The notes: generated from the sequence alone by a model not told the origin. 64,000 nucleotides of DNA from Thecamonas trahens ATCC 50062 (GCF_000142905.1 NW_013657611.1:62001-126000); one strand, 5' to 3'. Counted from the stretch's first letter, positions 38,258 through 50,414 are shown. Numbers and translations: made by a program.

Positions 38258-41146
38258 ATGTCGCGCAGCTATACCACATCCTCACTGGCGCGCGACCTGG
38301 CCCGGCTCTCTCCCGTGGAGCTTCGCCAGCTGCTGGTCGACGCCTGCGCCGCAGACTCGGTCCTCCGTGCCGAGGTCACCCGTTCGGTGGCGGCTCTGCT
38401 CTCGGCCAAGTCGCGGACCTCGGGCGGCACAAGCCCGGTCAAGCATGTTCAGCCCGACGATTCGCCGCTGGACGACCCGCGCATGTCCCGCCGCCCGCCG
38501 TCGGCGGCTGCCTCGCCCGCTGGCCGCCGTCGTCCACCCTCTGCTGCATCGGCCGCCTCGCCGTCCTCGCGCCCGCGATCGAGGGCGTCGCGGACAAAGT
38601 CGCGCAAGACTGGCTCGCCTGAGCGCGGTTCGCCCAAACGGCGCGGCGGCCTGTTTGACAGGCTCCCGCCCAAGGCTCTCCGCGTCCGCGCCTTCCGCAA
38701 CGGCTACGACAATGACAAGGACGGCGTGTCGATCGCCGCCAAGTCGCTCGACCAGCTGCTAACGCTCGCCACGGCCAAGCTCAACCTCAACTCGGCCGCT
38801 CGCAGAATTTTCCGCGCCTCGGGTGTCGAAGTCAAGGATATGCCTGCTCCAGCGCCCGCCGCCGACGCCGACTCTGACGCTGAGACCAGCAGCCCAGCTG
38901 AGAGCCGCAGCTATGCCACCTTTAGCGACCTCGCCGCCGACGAGCCGGTCTTTGTCTCGATGGGCGAAGCATGGGTTGATCCCAAGATGCGGGGTATCCG
39001 CCGAACGGTGGTCTCGACCTCGGGCGTCGGCTCGGAGACTTCGCCATCGAAGCGGTGGGACCGGTTTACTCCGCCGGCCAAGACCTCGGTTGTGGCCTTT
39101 AAGAACGGGAGCCACGAGGACTTTGAGGGCGTCCGCATTCCAGGCGCTTCGGTTGATGAGCTCCTCATCTCGGCAACCGCCAAGCTCCCACTCACTACCG
39201 CAGGCCGCGCGCTCTACCTCGCCGACGGCTCGCGGGTTGTCGACTCGCTGCCGCCGGGCACGCCTGCTTACGCCTCGCCGTCCCGCGGTCGCGCCTCGGT
39301 TACCGCGCTCTCCGGCTCTGGCTCTGACTCTGGCGAGCAGATTCCTGATGCGAGCGACGACGACGCACACGCAGACGGGGCCAGCGGGTCGGTGGCATCG
39401 CCAACGCGGCGGACCCACAAGAAAGGCCGCGAGCCGCTTGTCCTCTTCTCAGAGCTCGAGTCTGGAACTCACGTGTTTGTTTCGTGTGGCGAGCCGTTCC
39501 GGGTGCCTGGCGATCTCAAGCCCATCATCTCACTCATCCGCCCGCTGCCAGCCGACTCGCGGCTCCTGCCGCGGCCGGCCAAGTACTTTCAAGTCCTGCC
39601 AAACGGCAAGCTGCCGAGCAAGTTCCACGCGCCGCGGATCTCGGGCTTTTCGCTCGAGGAGCTCCTTGCCGCCGCAACCTTCCGGCTCGGCTTTCCGACT
39701 CATGCCTCTGCGCTCTTCACCGAGGACGGCGCCGTCGTCGTCGAGACTCCGCCGGAGCACCTACTTCGTCTCGAACGACAGGAGCAGGCCGCCATGGCCA
39801 AGGTTCGCAAGTCGATGGCCGATGCCGCCTCGGCCGCCAACCAAGACGCAGCGTCGGATGGAGGCGCGAGCAAGCGCAAGAGCAAGCGCAAGAGCAAGAG
39901 CAAGCGCAAGCGCAAGAGCAAGAACAAGAAAAAGTCGTCGCACTCGGCTTCCGGCTCGAGCTCCTCCAACTCGGGCTCAGGCTCAGGTTCAGGTTCCAGT
40001 TCGGGCTCGGGCTCGGGCTCAGGCTCAGGCCCCAGTTCGGGCTCGGGCTCGGGTTCAGGTTCAGACTCGGGCTCGAACTCGCACTCGGATACCGGCGGCA
40101 GCGACAACGGTAGCACTGCCGGCGACGCCGGCCCTGTTGCGTTTGAGGACTTTGATGTGGGCGAGGTCCGCCGGCGGTACGTACTGCTCAAGGAACTGCA
40201 GTCCGGGACCATGCTTTGGGCATCGCGGGGCGAGCCGTGGCTCCGACCCGGCTCGCGCAAGCCACTGACCAAGCGGATCCGTCCGCTGCCGGAGGACTCG
40301 CCGCTCATTCCTAAGACTAAGAAACGGCTGATTGTGCTGATGAACGGCGAGAACCTGCTGCGGAAGGGCAAGCGCATCTGCGGCAACACGGTCCAGGATA
40401 TCCTGCACCAGTGCCACGAGCCGCTCGGCATTGCCGGTCAGCCGAAGCTCCTGTTTCTCGGCGATGGCAAGATTGTGGTTGACGAGTACGACGAGAAGAA
40501 CCCCGGCCGCATCCCGCGTCCGCCCAAGTCGGTCAACCCGATCGCCGAAGCAAAGAAGCAGCTCCGCGATGCCGAGCCGATCACGCCTGTCCGCCTCCAG
40601 CAGTCGTCGCAGTACGGGCGCGGCGTGCTTGCCGACGCCTCGTGGCGCGGTCAGCCGCATCTTCGGATCGGAAACTCGCTGCTTCACGCTGCACCGCCGC
40701 TCAACTTTGGCATTGTTCGCGGTGGCCGTGAGCGTTGTGTCAAGCTCGCTGAGCTGGGCGACAAGGCCCTAGTCTGGGTCTCGTGCGGCGAGTCGTTCAA
40801 GTCGCTCGTTCCCTCGCAGGACAAGTACAACCCGCATCCCAACGTGCCGACCATCCGACCGGACTCGCGCCTGTTGACTCGCAAGCGGACGCGGGTCTTT
40901 GCCTACAAGAACGGCTGGTTCCACAAGGGAACCGGCCACGCCGTTGTCGGTGCCACCCTCGATGACCTCCTGAACGAGTGCACCACCGCCCTCTCGATGA
41001 TCCTACCCGCCACCATCCTCTACACGGAGGACGGCGAGCGCATCACCGACATCACCAAGCTCGAGAAGGACCAGATCGTCTTTGCTGCGCACACCCCGCC
41101 GTTCCGCCGCACCGACGAGCCGCTCGTCACCAACCCGGGCAAGTAA
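38258..41146 (+). CDS. Multi-doublecortin (DCX)-like domain protein
   Basis: Five repeats beginning [29 protein letters not shown] and RVFAYKNG, followed by LxxLL..AT..L...ARxLF..G and V(F/W)VSxGExF-type motifs. Confidence 0.8.
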   Translation: MSRSYTTSSLARDLARLSPVELRQLLVDACAADSVLRAEVTRSVAALLSAKSRTSGGTSPVKHVQPDDSPLDDPRMSRRPPSAAASPAGRRRPPSAASAASPSSRPRSRASRTKSRKTGSPERGSPKRRGGLFDRLPPKALRVRAFRNGYDNDKDGVSIAAKSLDQLLTLATAKLNLNSAARRIFRASGVEVKDMPAPAPAADADSDAETSSPAESRSYATFSDLAADEPVFVSMGEAWVDPKMRGIRRTVVSTSGVGSETSPSKRWDRFTPPAKTSVVAFKNGSHEDFEGVRIPGASVDELLISATAKLPLTTAGRALYLADGSRVVDSLPPGTPAYASPSRGRASVTALSGSGSDSGEQIPDASDDDAHADGASGSVASPTRRTHKKGREPLVLFSELESGTHVFVSCGEPFRVPGDLKPIISLIRPLPADSRLLPRPAKYFQVLPNGKLPSKFHAPRISGFSLEELLAAATFRLGFPTHASALFTEDGAVVVETPPEHLLRLERQEQAAMAKVRKSMADAASAANQDAASDGGASKRKSKRKSKSKRKRKSKNKKKSSHSASGSSSSNSGSGSGSGSSSGSGSGSGSGPSSGSGSGSGSDSGSNSHSDTGGSDNGSTAGDAGPVAFEDFDVGEVRRRYVLLKELQSGTMLWASRGEPWLRPGSRKPLTKRIRPLPEDSPLIPKTKKRLIVLMNGENLLRKGKRICGNTVQDILHQCHEPLGIAGQPKLLFLGDGKIVVDEYDEKNPGRIPRPPKSVNPIAEAKKQLRDAEPITPVRLQQSSQYGRGVLADASWRGQPHLRIGNSLLHAAPPLNFGIVRGGRERCVKLAELGDKALVWVSCGESFKSLVPSQDKYNPHPNVPTIRPDSRLLTRKRTRVFAYKNGWFHKGTGHAVVGATLDDLLNECTTALSMILPATILYTEDGERITDITKLEKDQIVFAAHTPPFRRTDEPLVTNPGK

Positions 41147-41172
41147 AGCCTTGGCATCCAGGGCGCGCGTCG

Positions 41173-44100
41173 TCAAGCCTTCAGCTTGTCCGCCACTCGC
41201 TCCCATGCCGCCGCTAGCGTCCGCGATGCTGGCGAGAGCAGCGTCAGGCTCAGCAGCGGAAGAAAGGTCGAGCCGTCGGCCGACGATCGGGGCGCTGCCG
41301 CGAGGAGCCGCGCAACCTCATCGATGCTCTGGTCGCCCACAAGCTCCTGAACTGCCATATCGACCCGTGCAAGGAGCTTCTGGAGGAGTGGTGCGAGGCG
41401 CGGCGTGGTCCACGCGCCGGCGAGTGCAGCTAGTGTCTGCGCGGCGGTGCCGACATCGCAGGCCGCCACTGCAGCCACGATTGCATCGCCAACCACTTCC
41501 GCCGTGATGACCACCACTTTGGGGTGCTTGCGGACGCGGACACGCCGGACCTTCTTGACTTTGACCCGAATGGTACGCTTGCCAGACCGCGGCTGCACAG
41601 ATGGAGCCGCCCTCGCCACGCTCGGCGTGGTCGGGCCTGGCGGCGCGTCGGCGAGCGACGCCACAAACCGCAGAATGGGTGGGAGGAGATCGTGCCGCTG
41701 TGCGCCAAGGACAGCCTCTAGCACGTTGGCGAACGAGTCAAGCTGGAGTTCGTCTGGGCTAGCGTCGAGCAAAACAATAAGGAGGTTGACGCCCGAGTCG
41801 AGGTCGCCGAGTGCCAGTGCGCGCGCCACGAGCTCTGCCGGCTCGCCAAAAACCGAGAACATCCACGGCCAGAACGAGATGTCCGACTTGCGGACAACGC
41901 CGACGGCAGCAGCCAAAAAGACCTCCTCGCCGAGGTACTCGACAAATGCCATCGAAGACTCGAGCAGGTCGTTGGCTTCTGACGCGGTGGCGGCGTGGAG
42001 GACTCGCTCGGCGAGGCCGGTCACACCAGCCGAAACTTGGCTGGCTGTGGCAACACTGCGCGCAAAGGCAAGGAGGGTCGGAAGATCGCTTCCACGCGCA
42101 AGGCAGTGCAGAATGTAGTGCGCAACAACTGTGTGACTCCGCAGCGCCCGCTCATAGCCGTCTGATCCGGCCGACGAGAAAAGCGTCGGGTCAAAAGCAG
42201 CGATGGTTCCCGAGGCCGCGTCGAGCGCGAGCGTCGGCGCATACCGTGAGCTCCACAGGCTCTGCTCCGGTCCGCTACGAGCAAGGTCGGCCATCCACAT
42301 CGAAAGGGCCGGCGCGCGTCCAAAAGCAGAGTGTGCCGTGTTGAGCGCAAGGCCGGAGACTCCGCGCGGAGAGGTAGTGAGCACCACCAGGCCAAGGTCC
42401 GCCGGCGCCGGCGCGGCCACAAAAGTGCCGACATCGGATGCGATCCAGACCGGTGCCGACGCTGCGCACCGTGCCGTGTCAAGCGTGACGAGCCCAAGCC
42501 GCCCGCGATGGACAAAGAGCAGAGCCGCAGCGTCGTCTCGGTCTGGAAGCAGGTGAAGCGAGAGTGCGGGTGACGCAGCAACAAGCGAGCCGGTGCCCGC
42601 CTCACCAAGCTCGATACGAGACAGAGCAAGGTACGGTGAGTCGCTCGGTGGCGAGGCACGGACCAGCAGCCGCAGCGAGCCGCTGGCGTCAAGAACAGCA
42701 AGCAGGCCGCCCCCGGGCGAGGCAGCGAGGCGGGCGATGCGGGTCGGGAAGAGAAGCGGCGCCGGAATTGGGGTCGGAACAGCCAGCGGGCTGGTGAGCG
42801 AGAATGGAACAACCAAATACGATGCGGCGGCGCGTGAGTAGGCAGCAACAGCAAACCGCGAGTCGTCGAGCCAGACAACGGCGATGACAGCCAGATCGCG
42901 CTCAGTCGCTCGCGAGCCAATGAGGTGCCACTTTGCGGTGCGGACATCGTAGACGGTAAAGCCGGCACCAGCCCAGACAACGCCATGGAGCGCTGACGGC
43001 GACCAGGCCCATCCGACAACCGGCGCGTTGTAGTCCTCGAGATAAGTGGGCGGATATGCGACGCAAGGGTTGAGGAGCAGCGCCGACCGCGGGCCGACGT
43101 CTTCTTCGAGCGCCTCCTCGACAAAAGCCTTGTACACCACGAGACCAGACTCGGAGACAAGAGTGAGGGCGCGCTCGCGGACGTTGCTTTGCATTAGATC
43201 GTACTTGTGAAGCTCGGCGGGCGAGGCAGCGAGGAGAGCAAAGCCGCGGGCAAACCAGCCGATGCTTGCAGTGTCCGGGGCGAGTGCAGCTGTGCGCGCA
43301 TCGATGCGGGCCGGCGCTGCCGACGCGTACGACCAGGTGAGCAGAGCACGGGTGTGGTCGGAGAGGGTGACTGTGATGCCGACAGCATCGCCGCGTGGTG
43401 CAGCGACCACAGCACCGCTCACCACCACCGCAGCTGCAGGGTCGTCGAGGTCAAGGGCGGCAACAAGATCGATAGACGCCAGATGGCGGAGCAAGAGGCC
43501 CGCAGAGCTGCGGCGACGGGTGGCAGCAAAAACGCTCAGTGCGCCTGATGCCGTGAGGACGACGACCGCGCCATGGCGCGGAAGCAGTGCGCCGGCCACG
43601 GCGTCGGTCCCGGGTATGCTCGCGGTCTCTACACCAGTAGACGCCATGTCGTAGCGGACAACGCGTGCCGAGCCGTAGCTTGTCACCGCCAGCACCCAGA
43701 GCGCGTCACGGTCATCGCCATCGTCGGCAGCAGCAAGCGCAGTGATTGGCGCGTCGAGCTCGACGACCACGGCTGGCGCGTCGGGATCGCCCTCGAGCAG
43801 CTCCCACGGCGTGCAGACAGCTGTCGAGCCTGCTGCAGCAACCACTCGGTGGCGGGTAGCGGCCAAGAGCGGTGCGCCGGGGCCCAGATCGGCGCCGTGC
43901 GTCTCCGTGATGGCGAGGGCGGCCGGCCCGGCCGATGCGAGTCGGCAGAGCGCTAGGCGAGGAGGATGGGCATGGACAAAGGCCAGATGTGACCCAGACC
44001 AATCGGCAGCCATGGCAGAGAGTGGCGGGAGGGTGTCCGGAGGCGCAGCAGCCTTTGCCACACATGCCTCTGGCTGTGGCCGTGAGAGCCACTGGACGAG

Positions 44101-44232
44101 CGAGCCATCAGCGTGAGCCACAAAGCCCGCCGAGGCCGAGAGGGTAGTACAAGTGGCAACCACAGGCGAGGTGTTGCTGCTGCGGAGGATCAGTCGTGTC
44201 CCTGGTGTTGCCCGTGGGACGTATGTCCACAT
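41173..44232 (-). CDS. RIC1: RIC1-like Rab6 GEF subunit (beta-propeller + RIC1 domain)
   Basis: YPPTYLEDYNAPV...GFTVYDVRTAKWHLIGSRATERDL and VGVVRKSDISFWPWMFSVFGEPAELV resemble conserved RIC1 blocks. Confidence 0.75.
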   Translation of the reverse strand: MWTYVPRATPGTRLILRSSNTSPVVATCTTLSASAGFVAHADGSLVQWLSRPQPEACVAKAAAPPDTLPPLSAMAADWSGSHLAFVHAHPPRLALCRLASAGPAALAITETHGADLGPGAPLLAATRHRVVAAAGSTAVCTPWELLEGDPDAPAVVVELDAPITALAAADDGDDRDALWVLAVTSYGSARVVRYDMASTGVETASIPGTDAVAGALLPRHGAVVVLTASGALSVFAATRRRSSAGLLLRHLASIDLVAALDLDDPAAAVVVSGAVVAAPRGDAVGITVTLSDHTRALLTWSYASAAPARIDARTAALAPDTASIGWFARGFALLAASPAELHKYDLMQSNVRERALTLVSESGLVVYKAFVEEALEEDVGPRSALLLNPCVAYPPTYLEDYNAPVVGWAWSPSALHGVVWAGAGFTVYDVRTAKWHLIGSRATERDLAVIAVVWLDDSRFAVAAYSRAAASYLVVPFSLTSPLAVPTPIPAPLLFPTRIARLAASPGGGLLAVLDASGSLRLLVRASPPSDSPYLALSRIELGEAGTGSLVAASPALSLHLLPDRDDAAALLFVHRGRLGLVTLDTARCAASAPVWIASDVGTFVAAPAPADLGLVVLTTSPRGVSGLALNTAHSAFGRAPALSMWMADLARSGPEQSLWSSRYAPTLALDAASGTIAAFDPTLFSSAGSDGYERALRSHTVVAHYILHCLARGSDLPTLLAFARSVATASQVSAGVTGLAERVLHAATASEANDLLESSMAFVEYLGEEVFLAAAVGVVRKSDISFWPWMFSVFGEPAELVARALALGDLDSGVNLLIVLLDASPDELQLDSFANVLEAVLGAQRHDLLPPILRFVASLADAPPGPTTPSVARAAPSVQPRSGKRTIRVKVKKVRRVRVRKHPKVVVITAEVVGDAIVAAVAACDVGTAAQTLAALAGAWTTPRLAPLLQKLLARVDMAVQELVGDQSIDEVARLLAAAPRSSADGSTFLPLLSLTLLSPASRTLAAAWERVADKLKA

Positions 44233-44519
44233 GGCAAGCGAGCCTGGCGGAGAGTGAGGTGGCGCAAGGTGGTGGTGGCGCGAGTGGTACGACGGTCATT
44301 GGCTACTGATGATGATGATGATGATGGTGATGGTGATGGTGATGGTGATGAGAGTGACGAAGACACAGACGACCGATAGTGGTGTGCCACCCAGAGTATA
44401 AGCTGAGAGATGGTGGAAGGGGAAGATGGACAAGCGATGTTATTTGAGGGGTGTGGGGGAGTGGAAGAGGGGTGGGGGGGGGGGGGGGGGGGAGGGGAGG
44501 GCCGGGTCAGACCGGGTCG

Positions 44520-44619
44520 NNNNNNNNNNNNNNNNNNNNNNNNNNNNNNNNNNNNNNNNNNNNNNNNNNNNNNNNNNNNNNNNNNNNNNNNNNNNNNNNN
44601 NNNNNNNNNNNNNNNNNNN
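44520..44619. other. Assembly gap (100 N)
   Basis: Run of N, flanked by poly-G tracts. Confidence 1.
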
Positions 44620-44786
44620 CGGGTCGAGGTGGGACAGGGGAGGGACAGGGGGGGGGGGGGGACGGAGAGGGGGGACGGAATGGAAGCGGGACAGTTCCGA
44701 GACATTCGTTTGTCAAAGGTGAGTGCGAGCGGTACCCCCTGTCTCCAGACAGACTCGAGCATATAACAGGCAGAGGAACAACGACC

Positions 44787-46558
44787 ATGCCTCCGACTGC
44801 TATGGGTAAGTGGTAGTGAGGGAGTGAGGGAGATGGAGGGGAGGGGGCAAGGGCAGGAGGAGGGGGAGGGGGAGGCGGGCGGGCTGACGGTAGGCAGTAC
44901 GCGTGCCAGCAAGGCGGTTGGATGGATGACCTGCCACGTGTGCCGCGAGGGTCCGTGGTGATGGCGGCGGGCTGGAAGGAAAGGAAGGAGAGAAACGTGC
45001 GGGAAAGTAGATGATGATGATGGAGGATGGTATAGACATGTACAGGCGGGAGGTGGGGCGTATGGGGGGGAGGAGGGTGCTGTGAGGATGGGTACGAGTA
45101 GCATGCGGAAAGTGGGCGAGGCGGCAAATTGGTGTTTTCGCGGGCAAAAACTCCACGCGATGTGGCAAAGGTTTGAGCCGAGTCCAGGTGAAAAGGGGCA
45201 TGGGTGACGGACGCGACTCACTGTAGGCAACGACGGATGGGTGGGACAATGGGACAGATACGAGTGCTGCGGCTGTGCCGTCTGTGATCACGATGAAGGA
45301 CGTGGCGCGGCACAACCACAAGGACGACTGCTGGATTGTGATCGAGGGCAAGGTGTACGATGCTACGCAGTTCCTGGAGGAGCATCCTGGCGGGCGGGTG
45401 CTTGCGACGTGGGCCGGGTCTGACGCGACGGAGGCGTTTGAGGCGTTCCACTCTGAGGAGGCGCAGGACATGCTCTCGTCGTTCTTTGTGGGCCCGCTTG
45501 CGGATCCGGCCAAGGTGCCGCTGCTGGAGGACTTTCACAAGCTCAAGCTGGAGTTTGCGGCGGAAGGGCTGTTCGAGCCGTCATATGCGTACTTTACGTT
45601 CAAGGTTCTGTTCAACCTGGGCATGCTCGCGGCGACGGTGTGGGCGATGTGGGCACTGGGCGGCGGGATGGCGTCGGCGATTGTGGGCGCGGTGAGCGTT
45701 GCGGTCTTCTGGCAGCAGTGCGGCTGGCTCTCGCACGACTTTTTGCACCACCAGGTGTTTGACGACCGGTGGTACGGACATGCGATGGGCTACTTTCTGG
45801 GCAACGTCCTTCAGGGCTTCTCTGTCACGTGGTGGGTGCTGAAGCACTCGACGCACCATGCGATTCCCAACGTGATGGCCGGTGTTCGTGACGGCGATCC
45901 AGACGCGCAGACGATGCCGCTGCTTGCGTGGGCGGACGCGTTCCTTGAGGGCGAGCTTGAGGACGGTATGCCGCCGTTCCTCATCCGGTACCAGCACATC
46001 ACGTTCCTGCCGCTGCTCTGTGTGGCGCGCATCTCGTGGGTCATCCAGTCGCTGCTCACGGCGCTGGGTTCTGACGAGGTCCCGCCGCACCGGCGCACGA
46101 CCGAAGTCCTCACGCTCGTGGTCCACTACGCGTACTACGCGGCGATGGCGTACTTCCTCCTCGACTCGTGGAAGGAGATGATGGTGTTTGTCCTGCTTTC
46201 GCAGGCTGTTGCCGGCCTCTGCCTCGGCACCGTCTTTACCATCAACCATAACTCGATGGAGATGCTCGACTCGGACGCCATCAACCACACCAACTTTGTG
46301 GCCATGCAGTACCGCACGACCCGCAACATCTCGCCGTCGTTCATTGGTGACTGGTTCACCGGCGGTCTTTCGTACCAGATCGAGCACCACCTGTTCCCGA
46401 CGCTCCCGCGCCACCGGTTCAAGGCCATTGCGCCGCGGGTTGAGGCTCTTGCCGCCAAGCACGGCCTCGTCTACCAGCACATTGGCTTCTTTGCTGGCCT
46501 CATCGACGTCATCCGCTGCCTGCGCCGCGTGGCGACCAACCACATGAAGGCCGACTGA
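44787..46558 (+). CDS. Cytochrome b5-fused front-end fatty acid desaturase (delta-6/delta-8-like); probable intron 44806-45257
   Basis: HPGG, HDFLHH, HSTHH, QIEHHLFP. A GTAAGT donor after MPPTAM and a GACTCAC...ACAG acceptor give in-frame MPPTAMDTSAAAVPSVIT; the 5' model is inferred. Confidence 0.92.
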
Positions 46559-46746
46559 GGCAAGGCACGCAGCCACAACAAATGCACACATACACACACA
46601 CGCGTGCGCCGCTGCCCAGCTGGGGTGTGTCGACCCGCGCATCGGTTCGTTTATCGACAAGCGGATCAGGCCCTCCGAGTCGAAACGACGTGAGAGAGAA
46701 GATGAAGGCTGATGAAGGCTGCTCGTGTCGGCGCCAGAGAGTGGCG

Positions 46747-47522
46747 TCACAACAATGTGCACCACTTTTTGGACGGCGGGCGGGAGGCGGGTCTGTTGTC
46801 GACAATGCCGCGGATGACGGTCTCAAAGGCCTCTCGGACGTTGTCGCCCGACTTGGCGGACGTCTCCATGTACGCGCACCCAAGCTCTTCCGCCTTTGCA
46901 CGGCCCTCCTCCTCCGATACCTCGCGCTGGTCAGTGAGATCGGCCTTGTTGCCCACCACCAGCACGGTGACGCCGTCGAGCGAGTCCGACTCGCGGCAGA
47001 AACGCAGCTGCTGGATAAAGTCGTCGAGCTCAAGCAGCGAGGCGCGAGCGGTGAGCGAAAAGACAAAGATAAAGCCATGGCCCTTTTTGAGGTACTGATC
47101 TCGAAGGTATGAAAACTGATCTGAGCCTGCCGTGTCGAGGATGTACACCACCAGCGACCGTCCGTCCAGCACAATGGTCTTCCTGTACGAGTCCTCGAGC
47201 GTCGGCTCGTAGTTGTCCACAAAGTGGCCCGAGTTGTACCGCACCGTCAGCGCCGACTTGCCCACAGCCACTATCGCCCTCCATCCCGTGAGTGAGTGTG
47301 GCTGGGCAGGTGTGTGTGAGCGGGGAGGGGGGGGGGGGGGGGGGGGGGGGCGGGCATGCCACCTGCCGTCCTTCCGTATCCTCCTGCCACCACCACCCTC
47401 CCTACCCCCCTTCCCCGCTTTCCCCGGCCTTCTGCTACCTAGTACGTACTTGGGCCCATGACCGCGAGTACGGTCTCCATGGCCGAGGTGAACGATGGAC
47501 CAATGTCCAGCTCGCCTTCCAT
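46747..47522 (-). CDS. Ras/Rap-family small GTPase paralogue A; intron 47449-47271
   Basis: Spliced P-loop VMGPMAVGKS, YEPTLEDSY, DTAGSDQF, NKAD, ETSAK, CAAX CTLL. Confidence 0.92.
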
Positions 47523-47722
47523 GGTGGGGGTGGGTGGGAGGGTGGTGGGGGTGGGACGGAGGGGGGTGGAGTGATGGCTTTGCTCGTGCTCGCGGGTGGT
47601 TTGGCCGAGCGTTGGGCGAGTTCCATGGGTGCCGAGTCGGGTGCGCCATTGGGTGCACACGGGGTGCGATCACGCGTGTATGCGAAGAAAAGGGGGGGGG
47701 GACAGCTCGCACCTTCTGGGAC

Positions 47723-48624
47723 TCACAAGAGTGTGCACCACTTCTTGGAGGGCGGCGGGAGGGCGCGGGAGGCGATGACCCGGCGGAGGATGGCCTCGAA
47801 GCTCTCGCGGACGTTGGCACCAGTCTTGGCGGAGGTCTCAGCGTAGTCACAGCCCCATTCGGCAGCCTTGGTCCGGGCCTCCTCGTCGGTGACCTCGCGG
47901 GCGTCAGTCAGATCGGCCTTGTTGCCAACAATGGTGACGGCGATGTCGTCAAGCGACTCGGTCTCGCGACAGAACTTGAGCTGGGTGACAAACTCGTCGA
48001 GCTCAAGGAGCGAGGCGCGGTTTGTGAGCGAGAAAACAAGAAAGAACCCGGAGCCCTTCTTCATGTACTGGTCGCGGTTGTAGGCAAACTGATCGGTGCC
48101 TGCGGTGTCGTAGACGTAAACATCCTGCGCGCGGCCGTCGAGCACAATGGTCTTGCGGTACACGTCCTCCAGCGTCGGATCGTACCGCTCCACAAAGTGA
48201 CCCGAGTGATACATGACTGTCAGGGCCGACTTGCCCACGGCGGCTACCACGCAGTAGTTGATGGCCATCCATGAACGAGGGAGGAGGGGTTGATACAAGT
48301 GAGTCTTGCTGGGTTGGTGGCGGGGTGGAGTGGCGGTGGAGGAGCATGGTCACACCTATATACACAAGCACACATACATACATACATACATACATGCACA
48401 CATACATACATAAATACATACATGCATACATACATGTATACACTGTCTGCCACTCTCCTACACACGCCCCTCCCCCCCTCCCCCCGCTCCTCCCGCTAAT
48501 CCCCTCCCTCCCCCCCTCCCCCCCTCCCCCCCCCCGCCTCCCCCCCTCCATCAAGACCACACATACCCGGACCCAGCACCACCAACACAGTCTGGTTTCC
48601 TTCTCCAAACCCATGCCCTGCCAT
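47723..48624 (-). CDS. Ras/Rap-family small GTPase paralogue B; intron 48566-48244
   Basis: Spliced P-loop VLGPAAVGKS, YDPTLEDVY, DTAGTDQF, NKAD, ETSAK, CAAX CTLL. Confidence 0.92.
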
Positions 48625-49034
48625 GATGGAAAGAGGATGAGAGTGAGTGTTGGAAGCGAAAGGTGATCCGCTGACAGGTGGTGATGCCATGTGCCAAAGG
48701 GGGGGGGGGGGAGGGGCTGGCAGGCAGCGGCAAAAAGCAGGCAGCTTGCAGGAGGGAGTGCAAGGACGGGGAAGGCGGAGGACAAGCCGGTGACGGCCAT
48801 GATGGATACGGCTGTGATCGGATGAGCTGATCATCACCACCACCATCACCTCCTCCACGGCCACTACATCCATCACTGCCATCCCCACCACTATCCCCCC
48901 CACTCCCCCCCCCCCCCCCCCCCCCACCTCCCCCCCTCCTTCCCCAGCCCCGCCTCCACTGGCGCAATGTATGATGGATGGGCGGTGAGGAGGCCATCCA
49001 CCGACGACAGACGGTGGCACACCGCTCGCTCGGG

Positions 49035-50171
49035 ATGGGCGACTTTAAGGACGGACGGAGTGGGGTCGGGTGGCCGGTGGTCTTTGCTGGTGGTATGGTG
49101 GTGGGTGCGCTGGCGTCGACCGCTACCTTTGCGTCGTACCTTGCGTACAAGGCCTACTTTCGGAGGGTCAAGCGACACGAGATTCATCGCTTGCGCTCCG
49201 AGCTGGCGGTGATGCAGGCGGCGAACCCGGCGCACACGCTCGATCTCAAGCTGGCGTCGCGCGGGCGGGCTGTGGAGCGAGCAGACTCTGCGGTGAAGCC
49301 ACGGATGGAGCAGAGCACTGACGCTCCAGTCTTCTCCATTGTGCTCACGGGTGGGCCCATGGGCGGCAAGTCGTCGTGCCTCGAGGTCATCACCAAGGCT
49401 CTCGCCCTCCGCGGCTACGAGGTGTATGTAGCGCCAGAGATCCCCACCCTTCTGCTCAACGGCGGCTGCCGCTACCCCAAGACCGAGGGCGGGCCCATGC
49501 TAGAGGCCTTTGAGACGGCGCTGCTGCACCTGCAGTGGCAGCTCGAGAACTCGTTCTTTAAGATTGCGCTTGCTGCCCGCAAGCCCTCAGTCATCATCTA
49601 CGACCGCGGCCTGATGGACGTTCGCGCCTTTGTGCCGGACACCATGTGGCAGTCCATGCTTACCGCTAACGGCTGGTCCGAGGACGTCTTTATGGGTCGC
49701 TACGACTTGGTCATGCACCTCATGTCGGCGGCGTCGGGCCTGCAAGAGGTCTACGAGGAGGTCTGCTCCTCGCAGCCCAACTCGCGCATTGCCACTATTC
49801 CTGCCGCACGCGACCTCGATGCTCGCCTGGTTGCCTGCTGGCAAGCCCACCCCAAGCACATCGTTGTCCCCAACTACGACGACTTTGAGGTCAAGAAGAA
49901 TCGCGCCCTCCAGCACGTGCTCGACATGATCCGGACCGCCGAGCAAATGATGCCTGTGGTCTCGCCCGAGCAACTTGCACCACCGCGCCGCCGTACCACT
50001 ACACATACGGACTCGCCGCTGGCCTCACCGTCCATCTTTGAGTGGTCGTTTGAGACCGAGGACGATCCCGCTCGCCGCTCGCCGAGCGATCCGGTCCTCG
50101 CCGGTGCCGGCGATGACTCGGCGTCTGACAACGACGACGACGACGTTGTTGTCGAGCTCGGCGTCTCATAA
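49035..50171 (+). CDS. TTD14/AAA_28-like P-loop nucleotide-kinase-fold protein with N-terminal TM
   Basis: IVLTGGPMGGKSS, VYVAPEIPTLLLNGG, IIYDRGLMDVRAF, RYDLVMHLMSAA, WQAHP, FEVK; hydrophobic WPVVFAGGMVVGALAS. Confidence 0.8.
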   Translation: MGDFKDGRSGVGWPVVFAGGMVVGALASTATFASYLAYKAYFRRVKRHEIHRLRSELAVMQAANPAHTLDLKLASRGRAVERADSAVKPRMEQSTDAPVFSIVLTGGPMGGKSSCLEVITKALALRGYEVYVAPEIPTLLLNGGCRYPKTEGGPMLEAFETALLHLQWQLENSFFKIALAARKPSVIIYDRGLMDVRAFVPDTMWQSMLTANGWSEDVFMGRYDLVMHLMSAASGLQEVYEEVCSSQPNSRIATIPAARDLDARLVACWQAHPKHIVVPNYDDFEVKKNRALQHVLDMIRTAEQMMPVVSPEQLAPPRRRTTTHTDSPLASPSIFEWSFETEDDPARRSPSDPVLAGAGDDSASDNDDDDVVVELGVS

Positions 50172-50414
50172 CGCCACGACTCTGGCATGTGCGTCCTGCT
50201 GCGTGGCTAATGGGCAAGTAGTAGGTCGGTGTTTTTGTTGTTGTGCGGTCGTCCCGGGATGCGGCTCCGACCAAGCCGAGCGGACACGACAAGCGATTCA
50301 TCGTCTGCCAACGACGACGACAACTTGAGAAGAGGGGGGGGAGGGGGGAGAGAGAGAGGAAGGAGGACGAGAATGAGAGAGATGTTGTCAGAAACTCTGG
50401 ACTCTGAAGACTTC

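Noticed and set aside
44500-44630. Repeat cgggtcg flanking the N-gap as a target-site duplication
   Set aside because: More simply overlapping contig ends across a nominal gap.
45237-45260. Frameshift at the desaturase start (ATG GGT GGG AC)
   Set aside because: An upstream exon with a GTAAGT donor (44806) and an acceptor at 45257 gives an in-frame start without any indel.
48360-48440. (ATAC)n, (CA)n, (GA)n and poly-G/C tracts here and elsewhere
   Set aside because: Ordinary microsatellites in introns and intergenic DNA.
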